The notes under the pieces were generated by a model that was not told where the DNA came from, did not search any database, and saw only the letters and a program-made list of their open reading frames with translations. 56,410 nucleotides of DNA from a virus. Taxonomy: Duplodnaviria > Caudoviricetes. The first letter of the stretch is position 1; every line of letters starts with the position of its first letter. The position numbers and the translations under genes are program-made. The DNA lies in the IMG/VR virus record IMGVR_UViG_3300044708_000067, positions 1 to 56,410 of that record. The stretch is one strand, 5' to 3'. Of this stretch, positions 25,324 to 35,145 are shown piece by piece.

Positions 25324-26481
25324 ATGGCCGACGACACCACACCGCAGGGGCCGGGACTCCTTCAGCAGCTCGTCGCTGGGCTCGTGCCGGGCTTGGTGCC
25401 CGCCGCCGTCGTTGGCGTGGGCAGTGCACTCGCCGCGCCGTCAGGCAGCAGTGCCGGGCAGGCAGTGGGGCGCGGCATGCTCGGCGCGATGGCGGGCTAT
25501 CAGTCCGCGCAGCCGACGCAGCGTGACCTGTACTACAAGGACCGCCTCGCGTTCTCGCAGCTGCAGCGGCAGAAGCTCGAAGCGGACATGGCCGACAAGG
25601 CGAAGTGGGCGAAGTCGCTGGAGGCGCTGCCCGAAGAAGACCGCCTGCTCGCGTCCGCCGACCCGAAAGCCTACGTCGATCACGTCATGGCGCAGCGCGA
25701 GAAGAAGCTGAACGTGCCGCTGCTCTCCAAGGTGTTCGGCGTCAGCGAAGACGACTTGGCGGGCATGGACCCGAAGACGGTCAACAAGCTCACCGCCGAC
25801 GTGATGGAGTGGGACTTCAAGAACAAGCACCAGCCTGCGCAGTTGTCCGTCGTAGACGCGCCGTACACGACGCCCGAAGGCGCAGAGCATCCGGGCTGGG
25901 CGCTGTTCGACAAGACCTCGAAGCAGCTTGTCGGGCCGCCGCACCCGAAGAACCCGACGCACGCCCGCGACGAGAAGGCCATCAACCTGCGCAACCTGCG
26001 CTCGGCACGCACGCAACTGCTGAAGAACCTGAAGGGCGACCCCGCACTGGACGCCATCAACCGTCAGGAGATCGAGCGGCTAGATGCCGAAGAATCGACG
26101 CTGACTGGCAAGCCCTCGCCTGCACGCCCGTGGCCCGCGCTTCCAGAACCGCCAGCGAAGAATACGGGCATCCTTAGCGGACTCGCAGGCAAGGTCATGT
26201 CGGCACTCAGCCCGGCAGGGCCTACGGCTACGCCTGCTGCGACACCAGCGCCGCAGATGCCACCCGCCGCACCTGTTGCGGGAGCACCGCCAGCAGCAGC
26301 GCCACCGCAAATGGCACCAACACCCACGGGGCAGTTGCCGAAAACGGTGCTGAACCCAGGCGTGAAGCTGAACGCCGACGATGAGATTTACACAGACGGG
26401 AAGACGGTGTTCCGTGCCCGACCGGGCCAGGGACCGACGCCACAGGAGATTGCAGAGTTGGGATTGACGCGCGTGAAGTAG
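25324..26481 (+). CDS. DNA transfer / ejection protein
   Basis: Hydrophobic Gly-rich N-terminus, coiled coil, Pro/Ala linker and short C-terminal domain. Confidence 0.65.
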   Translation: MADDTTPQGPGLLQQLVAGLVPGLVPAAVVGVGSALAAPSGSSAGQAVGRGMLGAMAGYQSAQPTQRDLYYKDRLAFSQLQRQKLEADMADKAKWAKSLEALPEEDRLLASADPKAYVDHVMAQREKKLNVPLLSKVFGVSEDDLAGMDPKTVNKLTADVMEWDFKNKHQPAQLSVVDAPYTTPEGAEHPGWALFDKTSKQLVGPPHPKNPTHARDEKAINLRNLRSARTQLLKNLKGDPALDAINRQEIERLDAEESTLTGKPSPARPWPALPEPPAKNTGILSGLAGKVMSALSPAGPTATPAATPAPQMPPAAPVAGAPPAAAPPQMAPTPTGQLPKTVLNPGVKLNADDEIYTDGKTVFRARPGQGPTPQEIAELGLTRVK

Positions 26482-29400
26482 ATGCCGCCACTCGAAGTCA
26501 TAGGCAGTCTGGAAACAACGGACTCAGGGCCGCCGCTTGCCATTGCTGGCCCGCTGCACCCGAAGACGGATGTTGCGCCGCAGGAAGATAGCGGCCTTGC
26601 ACAGCTTGCCAAGAAGTACGGCTGGGAGCCTATCGGCCACATTGCCAAGGAAGCTGTTGGTGTAGGCGAAGCGGCAGCGCATGTCGCTGGTGAATTGTTC
26701 GTCAATCCTATCGCGCAATCAGCAGCGGGGCTTGCTGGTCTTGGTAAACTCGCCACCACCGGCAGTCCAACTGAGATGGTAAAGACCATCGAAGGCGTAC
26801 AGGGCGCCGCGCAACCGCTGACCGTTTACAACCCGCTCACGGAGGCGGGGAAGCGTTACGCTGGTGCAGCCGATACCGTGCTGGACCTACCTGCGCGTGC
26901 GGGTGAAAAGGTCGGAGATGTGACACAGGAAGTCACGGGCTCTCCTGTTGCGGGCGCACTCGCGGACGTAGCTGCGCAACTAGGCATCGGCGCACTTGCT
27001 GGGAAGGTAATTTCGGCAGGTGTTCGGGCCAAGTTGCCTAGTGGCGGCACGCTGGAGCGAGTCGGCGCATCGGAAGCTGAGGCAGCGCCGCAAGCCAGTG
27101 GCCGACTTTCATCAGAGCGTGGCGCTATCACGCCATTCGCGGAAACCGAAGCCGAGAAGGCGCTACGCATCGCCCGTGAGCAACGCGCAGCGACGGAAAC
27201 AGGCGACCCGCTCGAAGACCTTGCCACCACGCTGAAGCGCCAGAAGCCCACGTCGGTACCGCAACGGCTGTCGCTGGCCTCGCGCACAGCGGCGCGCATG
27301 TCTGACGCACGCGACACCGTGGGCCAGAAGCTGGGACAGGTGCAGGCGGGCACGGCTGCACTGCACGACATGCTGACCCGCTACCCGCCGTGGACCGACT
27401 TCAAGGACTTACTCGGCAAGTGGCAAGGAGCGTTGCAGTTCAACAATATCCGCCTACGGGACTTTGCGGCTGAGATGCGCCGTGCGGTGCCCGACAAGAT
27501 GCGCCGTGAGGCAATGACCAACTACATCCAAGCGGCGGGCGATCCGGCTGTGTTGCAACAGCGCGCAGCGGCCTCGCGCGGCACCACCAAGCTCGGATAC
27601 GAACTCGCCACGCAGTTGACTGCGGACGAGCGCGCCCTTGCCGACAAGGTGCGCCGCTACCACGAGCGGCGGCTGGAACAGGCTATCAACGCCGGGCTGC
27701 TGGATGAGGGCGTTGAGAATTACGTGCGGCAGTCGTGGCAGAAGCCTAACCCGTTCACGCAGCGGCTCGTGACCGACGTATCGCACCGTGGCGACCTGAA
27801 GCCGAATCCAGACTTCATCAAGAAGCGACTGTTCGATTCGTACTTCGAGGGCGAGCAGGCGGGATACACGCCGACCGACAAGGACGTGGGCTACCTCGTT
27901 GCGTCCTACGATCAGGCATTCAACCGGGCGCTGGCTGCACGCGGATTCGTCAAGGCGCTGAGCGATGCGAAGGCGGCTGACGGCCGCCCTGTTGTCGTGC
28001 CATCGGGCAGCGGGCACCCCGTCGAGGGCGCAAGCCCGGACGCCTACATGATTCGCGGCGTCGGACCACGCGACTATGAGAAGTACGGCGACTACCTGCC
28101 GATCAACCATCCCGCGCTGCGCAAGTGGACGTGGGCCACGCAGGACGAAGCGGGCAACCCGATATTCGTGAAGGGCGATCTGCTGGTGCATCCGAAGCAT
28201 TGGCGGCATCTGCGCAATGCGCTGCAATCGTCGGCTCTTCGGCGTCACCCGCTTGGCCGCGCGCTGCTCGCGCCGTCGATGCTGTTCAAGGACTTCCGCT
28301 TGGCGCTGTCACTGTTCCATCCAGGCCAACTGGCCGAACACGCGACCATGCACAAGGTCAATCCATTCAACACGCTGCCAGTGGACATCGAGAACCCCAT
28401 ACATCGCGGGCTGATTGAACACGGATTGCAGGTAGCTGCCTACGACGGCATGGAAGCCTTTGCGGAGGGGCTGCACGCCACTGGCCTGAAGCGGGTGCCG
28501 CTCATCGGCCCGATCCATCAGCGCATGGGCGAGTGGCTGTTTCAGGACTACATCCCGCGCCTGAAGGTGACGCTTGGCGAAGAAGCTCTGAAGCGCAACG
28601 CGGAACGCTATCCAAACCTCACCCACGATCAGCACCTTGAACTGACCGCCAACCAAGTCAACGCCGCCTTCGGTGAACTGAACTACAAGATGCTGGCGCG
28701 GCACCCAACGACGCAGGACATCTTCCGGCTGATTGCGTTCGCGCCCGACTTCCTCGAAGCACGCGGGCGGTTCGTTGGGCAGGCCCTGAAGCCCTACGGC
28801 AGAGAGCAGGCAGCGGCGCTCATTCGCGGCGCAGCGGGCATGTACTTCGCGGCGCGCGTACTGAACAAGGTGCTCGACGACGACTACCATTGGAACCGGC
28901 CTTTCTCCGTTGTCCACAACGGGCGTGAGTACACGCTGCGCACCATCCAAGGCGACATCGTGCATCTGCTCACCGATCCGCGCAGCTTCGCCTACTTCCG
29001 CTTGAACCCCGTTGTGGTACGCCCCGCGCTGGAAGCCCTGACGGGACGCGATGCCTTCGGGCGCACGCGCGATCTAGGCGACCAACTGCGTGATCTGATG
29101 CCAGTGCCCATTCCGTTTGAGTCGCTTATCGACAAGCGCCAGCGCAAGCTCTGGGAATCCATGCTGCAAGGACTCGGCGTAACCGAATACAAGTACCGGA
29201 GCGACGCAGAACAGCTTGCAGCCAAGGCCGCAGGCAGGCACATGGGCGACATGACGCCAGCAGAACGCGAGTCGGCCCGCTCGCGGGCGCAGATACGCGA
29301 TGAACTACGCCAAGGGGCAAGCGGCGATCTTGACGCGCGGGTGAAGGCTGGAGAGCTAACGCCAACGCAGGCGCAACGCTTGCGCAAGGAAAGCCGAGAG

Positions 29401-29607
29401 ACAGACTTGGTACGGCGGGCGCACTACCTGTCCGTGCCCGACTTGGTGGCCGTATGGAATGCAGGCACCGCAGAGGAGCGGCGGCAGTTGCGGCCGATCA
29501 TCTCGCGGCGGCTGGTGAGGCAGATGCCCATTGCGCAGCGCACGCAGTTGCTGCAAGCACTGAAGGCAGATACCGCGCAAGAAGCGCAAGAGGCGACAAC
29601 GCACTGA
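26482..29607 (+). CDS. Large internal virion protein (1041 aa)
   Basis: Last and largest gene of the ejection cluster; largely helical, NYV..W, AN..N..FG.LNY, FAPDF motifs. Confidence 0.7.
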   Translation: MPPLEVIGSLETTDSGPPLAIAGPLHPKTDVAPQEDSGLAQLAKKYGWEPIGHIAKEAVGVGEAAAHVAGELFVNPIAQSAAGLAGLGKLATTGSPTEMVKTIEGVQGAAQPLTVYNPLTEAGKRYAGAADTVLDLPARAGEKVGDVTQEVTGSPVAGALADVAAQLGIGALAGKVISAGVRAKLPSGGTLERVGASEAEAAPQASGRLSSERGAITPFAETEAEKALRIAREQRAATETGDPLEDLATTLKRQKPTSVPQRLSLASRTAARMSDARDTVGQKLGQVQAGTAALHDMLTRYPPWTDFKDLLGKWQGALQFNNIRLRDFAAEMRRAVPDKMRREAMTNYIQAAGDPAVLQQRAAASRGTTKLGYELATQLTADERALADKVRRYHERRLEQAINAGLLDEGVENYVRQSWQKPNPFTQRLVTDVSHRGDLKPNPDFIKKRLFDSYFEGEQAGYTPTDKDVGYLVASYDQAFNRALAARGFVKALSDAKAADGRPVVVPSGSGHPVEGASPDAYMIRGVGPRDYEKYGDYLPINHPALRKWTWATQDEAGNPIFVKGDLLVHPKHWRHLRNALQSSALRRHPLGRALLAPSMLFKDFRLALSLFHPGQLAEHATMHKVNPFNTLPVDIENPIHRGLIEHGLQVAAYDGMEAFAEGLHATGLKRVPLIGPIHQRMGEWLFQDYIPRLKVTLGEEALKRNAERYPNLTHDQHLELTANQVNAAFGELNYKMLARHPTTQDIFRLIAFAPDFLEARGRFVGQALKPYGREQAAALIRGAAGMYFAARVLNKVLDDDYHWNRPFSVVHNGREYTLRTIQGDIVHLLTDPRSFAYFRLNPVVVRPALEALTGRDAFGRTRDLGDQLRDLMPVPIPFESLIDKRQRKLWESMLQGLGVTEYKYRSDAEQLAAKAAGRHMGDMTPAERESARSRAQIRDELRQGASGDLDARVKAGELTPTQAQRLRKESRETDLVRRAHYLSVPDLVAVWNAGTAEERRQLRPIISRRLVRQMPIAQRTQLLQALKADTAQEAQEATTH

Positions 29608-29619
29608 AGGGGGTGGGGT

Positions 29620-29922
29620 ATGGTGACATGGCTCAAGCGATTCTGGACTGACGAGGCGTTCTTCACCGCCTCTGTCAAGACACTCATCTCGATGGCCGGG
29701 GCGCTTGTGTTCTCCGGTATCATCCCCATCAGCGAGTGGCGGTACGGTGCAATCGTTATGGCGCTCGCGCATCTCATCCCTGCTGGCCAGCGCCCGCTGA
29801 GCGTCTCGGCGGCGAAGCTCACCGATGCCGAAAAAGAAGTGACGGTGCTGAATCTTGGCACGCGCGCCGGAGCACCCGATGCCGTGGCGCCGCCGATCAC
29901 TACAAAGGAAGGAGGGAAGTAA
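29620..29922 (+). CDS. Holin-like membrane protein
   Basis: Two hydrophobic segments and a hydrophilic C-terminus; first gene after the virion module. Confidence 0.5.
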   Translation: MVTWLKRFWTDEAFFTASVKTLISMAGALVFSGIIPISEWRYGAIVMALAHLIPAGQRPLSVSAAKLTDAEKEVTVLNLGTRAGAPDAVAPPITTKEGGK

Positions 29923-29924
29923 AC

Positions 29925-30128
29925 ATGGACCTACTGCAACTGGTGCTCATCCTCATCGTTATCGGTGTACTGCTAGGACTGCTGAACTACGCAGCGCCCG
30001 CCATCAAGCTCGACGGCAACATTCTCAAGATCATCAACGTGGTGGTCATCGTGGCCGTCATCTTGTGGCTGGTGATGCTGTTCCTTGGCCCTATCCCGCA
30101 CATCATGATCGGAGCGCATCGCGGCTGA
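29925..30128 (+). CDS. Two-TM membrane protein (Thivi_2564-like)
   Basis: MDLLQLVLILIVIGVLLGLLN......IK.I.NVVVIVAVILWL pattern. Confidence 0.75.
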   Translation: MDLLQLVLILIVIGVLLGLLNYAAPAIKLDGNILKIINVVVIVAVILWLVMLFLGPIPHIMIGAHRG

Positions 30129-30135
30129 CCCGTGC

Positions 30136-30396
30136 ATGGAGCAGCCAGCGCTCAACATGACTGTAGTACTCGTCGCTTTCATCGGCGGCCTGCCCGCACT
30201 GATTACGGCGGTCGTGGCGGCCATCATCACGCTGCGCCGCCAAAGCATCATCGCTGAGCAAGTGGACAAGGTGGAGAAGGCCACGAACCATATGAAAGAC
30301 GCTCTAGTCCAGGCAACGGCCGAGAGCAGCTTGGCTGAAGGCAAGGTGCAGGGCCGCGCGGCGGAACGCGAATCGCAGGCGCGCAAGAAGCGATAG
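30136..30396 (+). CDS. Single-TM protein with charged C-terminal helix
   Basis: N-terminal hydrophobic segment; V.KATN.MKD.LV...EG...G..E. Confidence 0.65.
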   Translation: MEQPALNMTVVLVAFIGGLPALITAVVAAIITLRRQSIIAEQVDKVEKATNHMKDALVQATAESSLAEGKVQGRAAERESQARKKR

Positions 30397-30407
30397 CAGG
30401 CTTATGT

Positions 30408-30860
30408 ATGCGAGTCCGCCAACTCCTGAAGCTCCTGTGCATCGCAGCCATGATCTGCGCCAGTGCTGCTGTTGCTGCCGATGGCCCGCCAATTCCGCTG
30501 CCCTTCGGCTTCACGCTCAGCCGCGAATTGTCGCTCAGCACGCTGGTCGGGCAAGGCATCTTGCTGTGGGCGGTACTCAGGCACGCCGGAAGTTGGGGGC
30601 GGCGGCTGCTCCAGTCCATGCAGCAACTGCCCGAATTGAAAGAGACGGTCGAGGCGCACGTCAAGGACGACAAGCAAATCTGGGCCGACATCCGACAGTC
30701 GAACAACGAATTGCGTCACGCCATCGAGGCGCTGCGCGTCGTGGATCAGCAGCACGCGGATGCGCTGCGCGAGCACCAGATCAACGGCGAGATTTGGCGG
30801 CGCGAGTTCATGGTCAAGGTCGAGGAACTGAAACGGTTACGCGAAGGAGGACACTCATGA
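30408..30860 (+). CDS. Signal-peptide/TM protein with C-terminal coiled coil
   Basis: Signal-like N-terminus ...AAVAA, second hydrophobic segment, heptad-rich tail. Confidence 0.65.
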   Translation: MRVRQLLKLLCIAAMICASAAVAADGPPIPLPFGFTLSRELSLSTLVGQGILLWAVLRHAGSWGRRLLQSMQQLPELKETVEAHVKDDKQIWADIRQSNNELRHAIEALRVVDQQHADALREHQINGEIWRREFMVKVEELKRLREGGHS

Positions 30861-31051
30861 TACGTCTATTCATCACCATCGGCATCGCCGCTGCGCTCAG
30901 CGGCTGCGGCCTCGTCAACAGCAGCAAGCCCTGCACGGACCAGATCGCCGCCTGCGGCCAGCGCATCGTGGACTGTGCCACTACCGCTGGATGCGACGTG
31001 AGCGCGTGCCTGCAATCAGGCCAGCCGCTCGCTGCGCCGCGCCGCCACTGA
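30857..31051 (+). CDS. Small Cys-rich lipoprotein
   Basis: AAGGAGG RBS; MIRLFITIGIAAALSG-C lipobox. Confidence 0.7.
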   Translation: MIRLFITIGIAAALSGCGLVNSSKPCTDQIAACGQRIVDCATTAGCDVSACLQSGQPLAAPRRH

Positions 31052-31338
31052 TGCGCGCACTACTCATTGCTTACCTGCTGTGCGCTGGCTGTGCGCTCGG
31101 CACACGGCGACCTGACGGCGCGATCTACTGCGCCGCTACGGGCAACGCAGCGTGGAGCTACTGTGCGCCCGATGCACCGCCGCGCATGGCGGCCATTGAG
31201 CCGGTGCAGCCTATGCCGATCCCGACGCCGATCATGCCGACCGTTAAGCCGGGCTGCGTGGTTTGCCAAGGCGGTGCGGAAGCTGGCTCAACGCTCGGCG
31301 TACTGCTGGGCATCATCTTCGGGGCGCTGGTGCTATGA
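31051..31338 (+). CDS. Lipoprotein-like protein with Pro-rich linker and C-terminal TM helix
   Basis: MRALLIAYLLCAG-C; PMPIPTPIMPT; C-terminal LGVLLGIIFGALVL. Confidence 0.65.
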   Translation: MRALLIAYLLCAGCALGTRRPDGAIYCAATGNAAWSYCAPDAPPRMAAIEPVQPMPIPTPIMPTVKPGCVVCQGGAEAGSTLGVLLGIIFGALVL

Positions 31339-32045
31339 TTACCGTGCGCAACCACGCATTAATGCTCGACAGTTACGAGCCACTGGTGCGTCTGATGGTC
31401 GCCGCCTGCGCCGAGCAGCTTCGCGCGCATCTTGCGCCCGCATGGGGCCGCGTGCCAGAGGATGTGGTGTACGCTTCAGACATACAAGTGGCCAGCCCGC
31501 ATGAAACGCTGCTGGCGCTACTCGACGATCCTGACCAAGCCAACGCGCTTGGCTACCATAGCCTGTCGCCTGACGGCCGCCCCTATGGCCGCGTGTTTGT
31601 GCGACCCGTAATGGAAGCGGGCGGCACGCTGCTCACGGGCGAGCTGTCTGTGTCTGCCGTACTGAGTCATGAGTGCATGGAATGGTTCATCGACCCCGAC
31701 GTGAATCTGTGGGCCGACAATCCAAGCGACGGATACAGCTACGCGCTGGAAGTCGGTGATCCCGTCGAAGGCGACAGCTATGCCATCGGCACTGATGCGG
31801 AGCAGGTTAGCGTCAGCAACTTCGTCACGCCCGCGTTCTTCAGCAACTCACCGCCGAAAGGCGTGGCCTTCGACCACATGGGCAAGCTCACAGCACCATT
31901 CACTATGACACCAAACGGCTACATGGTGCGCTTCCGCGACAGCAGAGCAGAGCAGATATTCGCCTCGCGCCTGCCTGCATGGCGGGCGGCAGGCAAAGAG
32001 TTTGCCTCGGCGCGCACGGCGCGGCGCCTGACGGTGCAGTCATGA
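31335..32045 (+). CDS. Putative zinc metallopeptidase (HExxE-xx-DP type)
   Basis: ALGYH, LSHECMEWFIDP, EVGDPVE, VSNFVTP.FF; no signal peptide. Confidence 0.7.
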   Translation: MITVRNHALMLDSYEPLVRLMVAACAEQLRAHLAPAWGRVPEDVVYASDIQVASPHETLLALLDDPDQANALGYHSLSPDGRPYGRVFVRPVMEAGGTLLTGELSVSAVLSHECMEWFIDPDVNLWADNPSDGYSYALEVGDPVEGDSYAIGTDAEQVSVSNFVTPAFFSNSPPKGVAFDHMGKLTAPFTMTPNGYMVRFRDSRAEQIFASRLPAWRAAGKEFASARTARRLTVQS

Positions 32046-32064
32046 ACGCCTGGAGGACATACGC

Positions 32065-35000
32065 ATGACCGCGCGCCTTGCCATCCTTGCTGCCGCGCTG
32101 CTTGGCGCCATTGCTGCGCTTGCTGCCTGGGGCTGCCGCCCTGCGTGGGCGTCTGACCCGGAGGCGGGCGGCGGCTACTACTACGGCGGCGGCGGCGGCA
32201 GTGCCTCGACGCACTACTTTATGCGCGGCGTCAGCACGACGCAGACGAACTCCAACACGCAGGCGCGCACCACGACCGCGTGGACGCACTGTTCGGGGGC
32301 GATCAACATCAACACGGCACCCGGCGCGGGCAAGTCGTGGGACTACTATATGTGCTCGCACGCGCCCGGCACGTCCACGAGCTGCGCCAGCGACGTGGGC
32401 AACCTGTCCTGCACGCTGCTCGGCTCTATCGCGGACACGAACAAGTCCAAGCGTTTTGACCTCGACATTACCATTCCCGCCGACGCCTGTATTCAAGGTA
32501 AGGCGCTCGGCAACGGCACGCCCGCCAGCGACTCGCAATTCGGCTGGTCGATGACCTGCGTAGACGCGAACGGCGACGCGCCCAGCGTGCTGTCGGGCGA
32601 GGTGTCCAGCGGCTCGACGCTGCAGCAATACATTGGGCAGAACACGAGCCAGTCCACGAGCAGCGTAGCCGAGCAGACGCTGGTGGTCGCGAAGCAGAAT
32701 TACCTGACCGCTACGGGCGGCGTGCAGCTCAATGCCGCGCCGGGCTCTGCGAAGTCATGGACGCTGCGCCTGCGCTACTCGACGGCGGCGCTGGTCGCTG
32801 ACCAGGCGTGCGGCGATCTCACCTACGTCACCACAGCCAGCCTGTGCGAGAGCGCGATCACTGGCACGAGCGTTCTGGGCTGCTCGTTCCACAACGTCAG
32901 CATCGACGACGGCGCTGGGCACGTCGGCATTCCGGTAAACGGCTGCTACGGCTACACGTTGGTGCCGTCTGGCAGTCCCACGTCCACCGGCACGCTGCAA
33001 TTCGATCTCGAACTGTCCACGAGCAGCGGCAGTCCGTTCAACGGCGGCGGCGCAATCTTCATCGGCAACGCGGCTGTCGGGAATGCCGTGCTCTACGGCG
33101 GCGATGCGCTGGGAACGAGCGCGACCAACGCGGGGAACTTCTTTCTCATCGGCAACCGGGCGCTGACGACGTGCTCTGGCGCGCTCACGCTCAACGTCGG
33201 CTCGTCGGGGAACAACGGCAAGACGTGGCCGATATCGCTGAACTACTCGGCCGCTGGGCTCAGCGCGTCGGGCAACTGCGGCGGCGCGACGCTCACGAAC
33301 ATCGGCACCCAATGCACGCTCACTGGCAACACGACGGCGAAGGAAAACTGCGTGTTCGGTGACGTGTCGGTGCCTGCGGCGGCAGGCGGCTGTCTGCAGA
33401 TTCAAGTCGGCGCACCAGGCACGGGCACAACCGGCAACATCTACGCCGCGCTCAACTGCGCGCTTGTTGCGGATACGCCGACGCCCACTGCGACGCCTAC
33501 CGTGACGCCTACGGATACCCCCACCGATACCCCGACGAACACACCGACACGAACGCCCACCAATTCACCGACGATCACACTGACGTTTACCCCGACGAAC
33601 ACTCCACTGCCCGGCACGACCTTCACGCCGTCGAATACGCCTACGGATACCCCCACCGATACCCCGACCAGCACACCGACGCGCACCGCAACCAATACGC
33701 CGACGAACTCCCCAACGAGTACACCGACAAGCACCGCTACAAACACCCCAACGAGCACGGCGACAAATACGTCAACGAACACCCCGACACGGACGCCGAC
33801 GAACACGCCCATTGTCACGCGCACCCCGACTCCGACGTGTGCGCCTATCCAGGAAATCTCACGCTTTGGCCCGGTGATCTCGACCAGCTTTCCTGCGCCC
33901 GTTGTCAGCACCGCGCAGGCGATGGTGCTGGGCATCGTCGCGCACGCCGCGACCTGCACAGTCTCTGATACAAAGTCAGGCTTCTACGCCTACGCCTACA
34001 GCACATCACCTATCGGCGCCCCAACGCCCAACCAACTGACCGCTGTTCTAGCCGTGCGTCGGGCGCGCGTGAGCGCCGCATTGACGGGCGCTGATACGAT
34101 TACCGTGAGCTGCCCCACATCGGACCAAGTGACGCTCTACGGCGTGGTGTTGGGCTCCACGAGCGATTGCGTTCCCACTGACGGCGATGCGTGCGGCTCG
34201 AATGTGCGGTGGGGCTCGTATCCAGCGCCCACCGACTGCGATCCCTACCTACTGAGTCCTTCCGACTGCTTCTACGGAGACTTCTGGTGGCGCCCGTGGC
34301 CTGGCCCGGCGATCTACCCAGAACGCCCGTACATCGGCCCTGCGGCACCGCCCTGTCCGGGTGACGTATGCGGCGCAAGCGATTGCTCGGTCAAGGTGCC
34401 CGCGCTACCCGACTGGCCCTGTCAGGAGCAAGGCGACGACTGCTACTGGAAGTGCGTGAGCGGCGGCATCGGCCACAAGCACGTCGCCTTTGGTTCGTGC
34501 TTCCCTGGCTGCAGCGGCACCGATCTCGCCCCGTACTACCTGCGCATTCTTGGCATCAAGTCGGCGCTGAGCGACGTGCAGTTGCTCACCCCGACAACTG
34601 GCGATGTCTGCACCGGGGATGGCTTTGCTTTCCGAAGCCCGACCGATGGCACTTCGAGCGACAACCAGAATTGGGCGGTAGGTTCCGAGTGGCCCGACAG
34701 TCAGAGCACCGCGCATGGTGTGGACGCCGTGCTATTCGACATGGAGCCGCAGGCATCGCAGCCCATTCCCTACTCGCTGACTGTTCCGACGCCGGGCGCG
34801 GTGGGCGCGGCCATCGAACTGCTGTTTCACGCGATAGCGGCGCACAGCACAGACACGCCGACGCCGACGCTGCCGCCTGGCACGCCGTCCTCGACGCCTA
34901 CGCAGACAGCGACGCCAACGATTACGGAGACGCCGACGCCTACGCCGACGTGTCCGCCAGATTGCGCGGCCTGTCAGGTATGCGTCGAAGGTCTGTGCGT

Positions 35001-35145
35001 CGGGGCGCCATGCACGCCAACGCCCACGCCGCATGGCTGCTGCCACTGCCCGACGCCTGGCAGTAGCTGTGAGATGTTCGGTGGCACCTGCCCAACGCCC
35101 GGCTGCACGCCCGTGCCCAACGGTATTTGTGTGGAGGTGCCTTAA
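32065..35145 (+). CDS. Large secreted multidomain protein (1026 aa): three related Cys-containing beta domains, Thr/Pro stalks, Cys-rich C-terminal half
   Basis: GGAGG RBS; signal peptide ...PAWA; repeats [10 protein letters not shown] / [10 protein letters not shown] / NNGKTW; TPTNTPT tract near 33470-33840. Confidence 0.85.
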   Translation: MTARLAILAAALLGAIAALAAWGCRPAWASDPEAGGGYYYGGGGGSASTHYFMRGVSTTQTNSNTQARTTTAWTHCSGAININTAPGAGKSWDYYMCSHAPGTSTSCASDVGNLSCTLLGSIADTNKSKRFDLDITIPADACIQGKALGNGTPASDSQFGWSMTCVDANGDAPSVLSGEVSSGSTLQQYIGQNTSQSTSSVAEQTLVVAKQNYLTATGGVQLNAAPGSAKSWTLRLRYSTAALVADQACGDLTYVTTASLCESAITGTSVLGCSFHNVSIDDGAGHVGIPVNGCYGYTLVPSGSPTSTGTLQFDLELSTSSGSPFNGGGAIFIGNAAVGNAVLYGGDALGTSATNAGNFFLIGNRALTTCSGALTLNVGSSGNNGKTWPISLNYSAAGLSASGNCGGATLTNIGTQCTLTGNTTAKENCVFGDVSVPAAAGGCLQIQVGAPGTGTTGNIYAALNCALVADTPTPTATPTVTPTDTPTDTPTNTPTRTPTNSPTITLTFTPTNTPLPGTTFTPSNTPTDTPTDTPTSTPTRTATNTPTNSPTSTPTSTATNTPTSTATNTSTNTPTRTPTNTPIVTRTPTPTCAPIQEISRFGPVISTSFPAPVVSTAQAMVLGIVAHAATCTVSDTKSGFYAYAYSTSPIGAPTPNQLTAVLAVRRARVSAALTGADTITVSCPTSDQVTLYGVVLGSTSDCVPTDGDACGSNVRWGSYPAPTDCDPYLLSPSDCFYGDFWWRPWPGPAIYPERPYIGPAAPPCPGDVCGASDCSVKVPALPDWPCQEQGDDCYWKCVSGGIGHKHVAFGSCFPGCSGTDLAPYYLRILGIKSALSDVQLLTPTTGDVCTGDGFAFRSPTDGTSSDNQNWAVGSEWPDSQSTAHGVDAVLFDMEPQASQPIPYSLTVPTPGAVGAAIELLFHAIAAHSTDTPTPTLPPGTPSSTPTQTATPTITETPTPTPTCPPDCAACQVCVEGLCVGAPCTPTPTPHGCCHCPTPGSSCEMFGGTCPTPGCTPVPNGICVEVP

